Assembly: GCA_024679065.1 (NCBI GenBank)
Contig: JAGIQG010000024.1
Location: forward strand, 22,692,001-22,756,000
Reading direction: 5' to 3'
DNA length: 64,000 bases
Source of the DNA: Sphyrna mokarran
Taxonomy: Eukaryota
Part shown: positions 63,881-64,000 of the stretch, in pieces
Layout: each line of letters starts with the position of its first letter
How positions within the stretch are numbered: the stretch's first letter is position 1
Notes under the pieces: generated by a model
What the model saw: the letters and a program-made list of their open reading frames with translations, nothing else
What the model was told of the DNA's origin: nothing
The model's database searches: none
Translations under genes and position numbers: made by a program

Positions 63881-64000
63881 CTCCAGATTTTGACAGTGCA
63901 AGTTGCCACTATCCTCATGGGCAAACCAAGTTTACAGAATGGCCTTCAGATGAAGAAATTACCAAGAAGATTTCATTTTTATATCTTTTACTTGAACATA

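Noticed and set aside
57556-64000. Search for CLIC4 exons 1-2 (AGSDGESIGNCPFSQRLF...)
   Set aside because: Not found by eye; they presumably lie beyond the window.

Overview
Eukaryotic (vertebrate) genomic DNA, almost certainly from a cartilaginous fish (inferred from the abundant HE1/V-SINE-type and Deu-domain SINEs and CR1/HER1-type LINE tails). The only protein-coding gene I can support is CLIC4 (chloride intracellular channel 4) on the minus strand. Four GT-AG exons are present: 57555-57430, 32488-32382, 19331-19150 and 14328-14164 (stop TGA). They correspond to human coding exons 3-6; the first two exons lie beyond the right edge. The rest is intron, 3' UTR and downstream DNA packed with decayed transposons: V-SINEs with two alternative 3' tails, other tRNA-SINEs, CR1, Rex1/Babar, Tx1 and Penelope fragments, solo LTRs with target-site duplications, and palindromic MITE-like elements. 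Almost all entries in the ORF track are spurious. The most unusual observations are four. (1) A U2 snRNA-derived sequence carries a 22-nt insertion exactly in the branch-point recognition motif. (2) A V-SINE subfamily has swapped its CR1 tail for a Rex1-like AATAAA-bearing tail, and one copy places a poly(A) signal in the CLIC4 3' UTR. (3) The last CLIC4 splice acceptor appears to be built from an L2/Deu-SINE-type tail. (4) There are clean nested insertions: an LTR in a MITE, an inverted SINE in a SINE, and CR1 in Tx1. Repeat boundaries were read by eye and are approximate; exon boundaries are exact.
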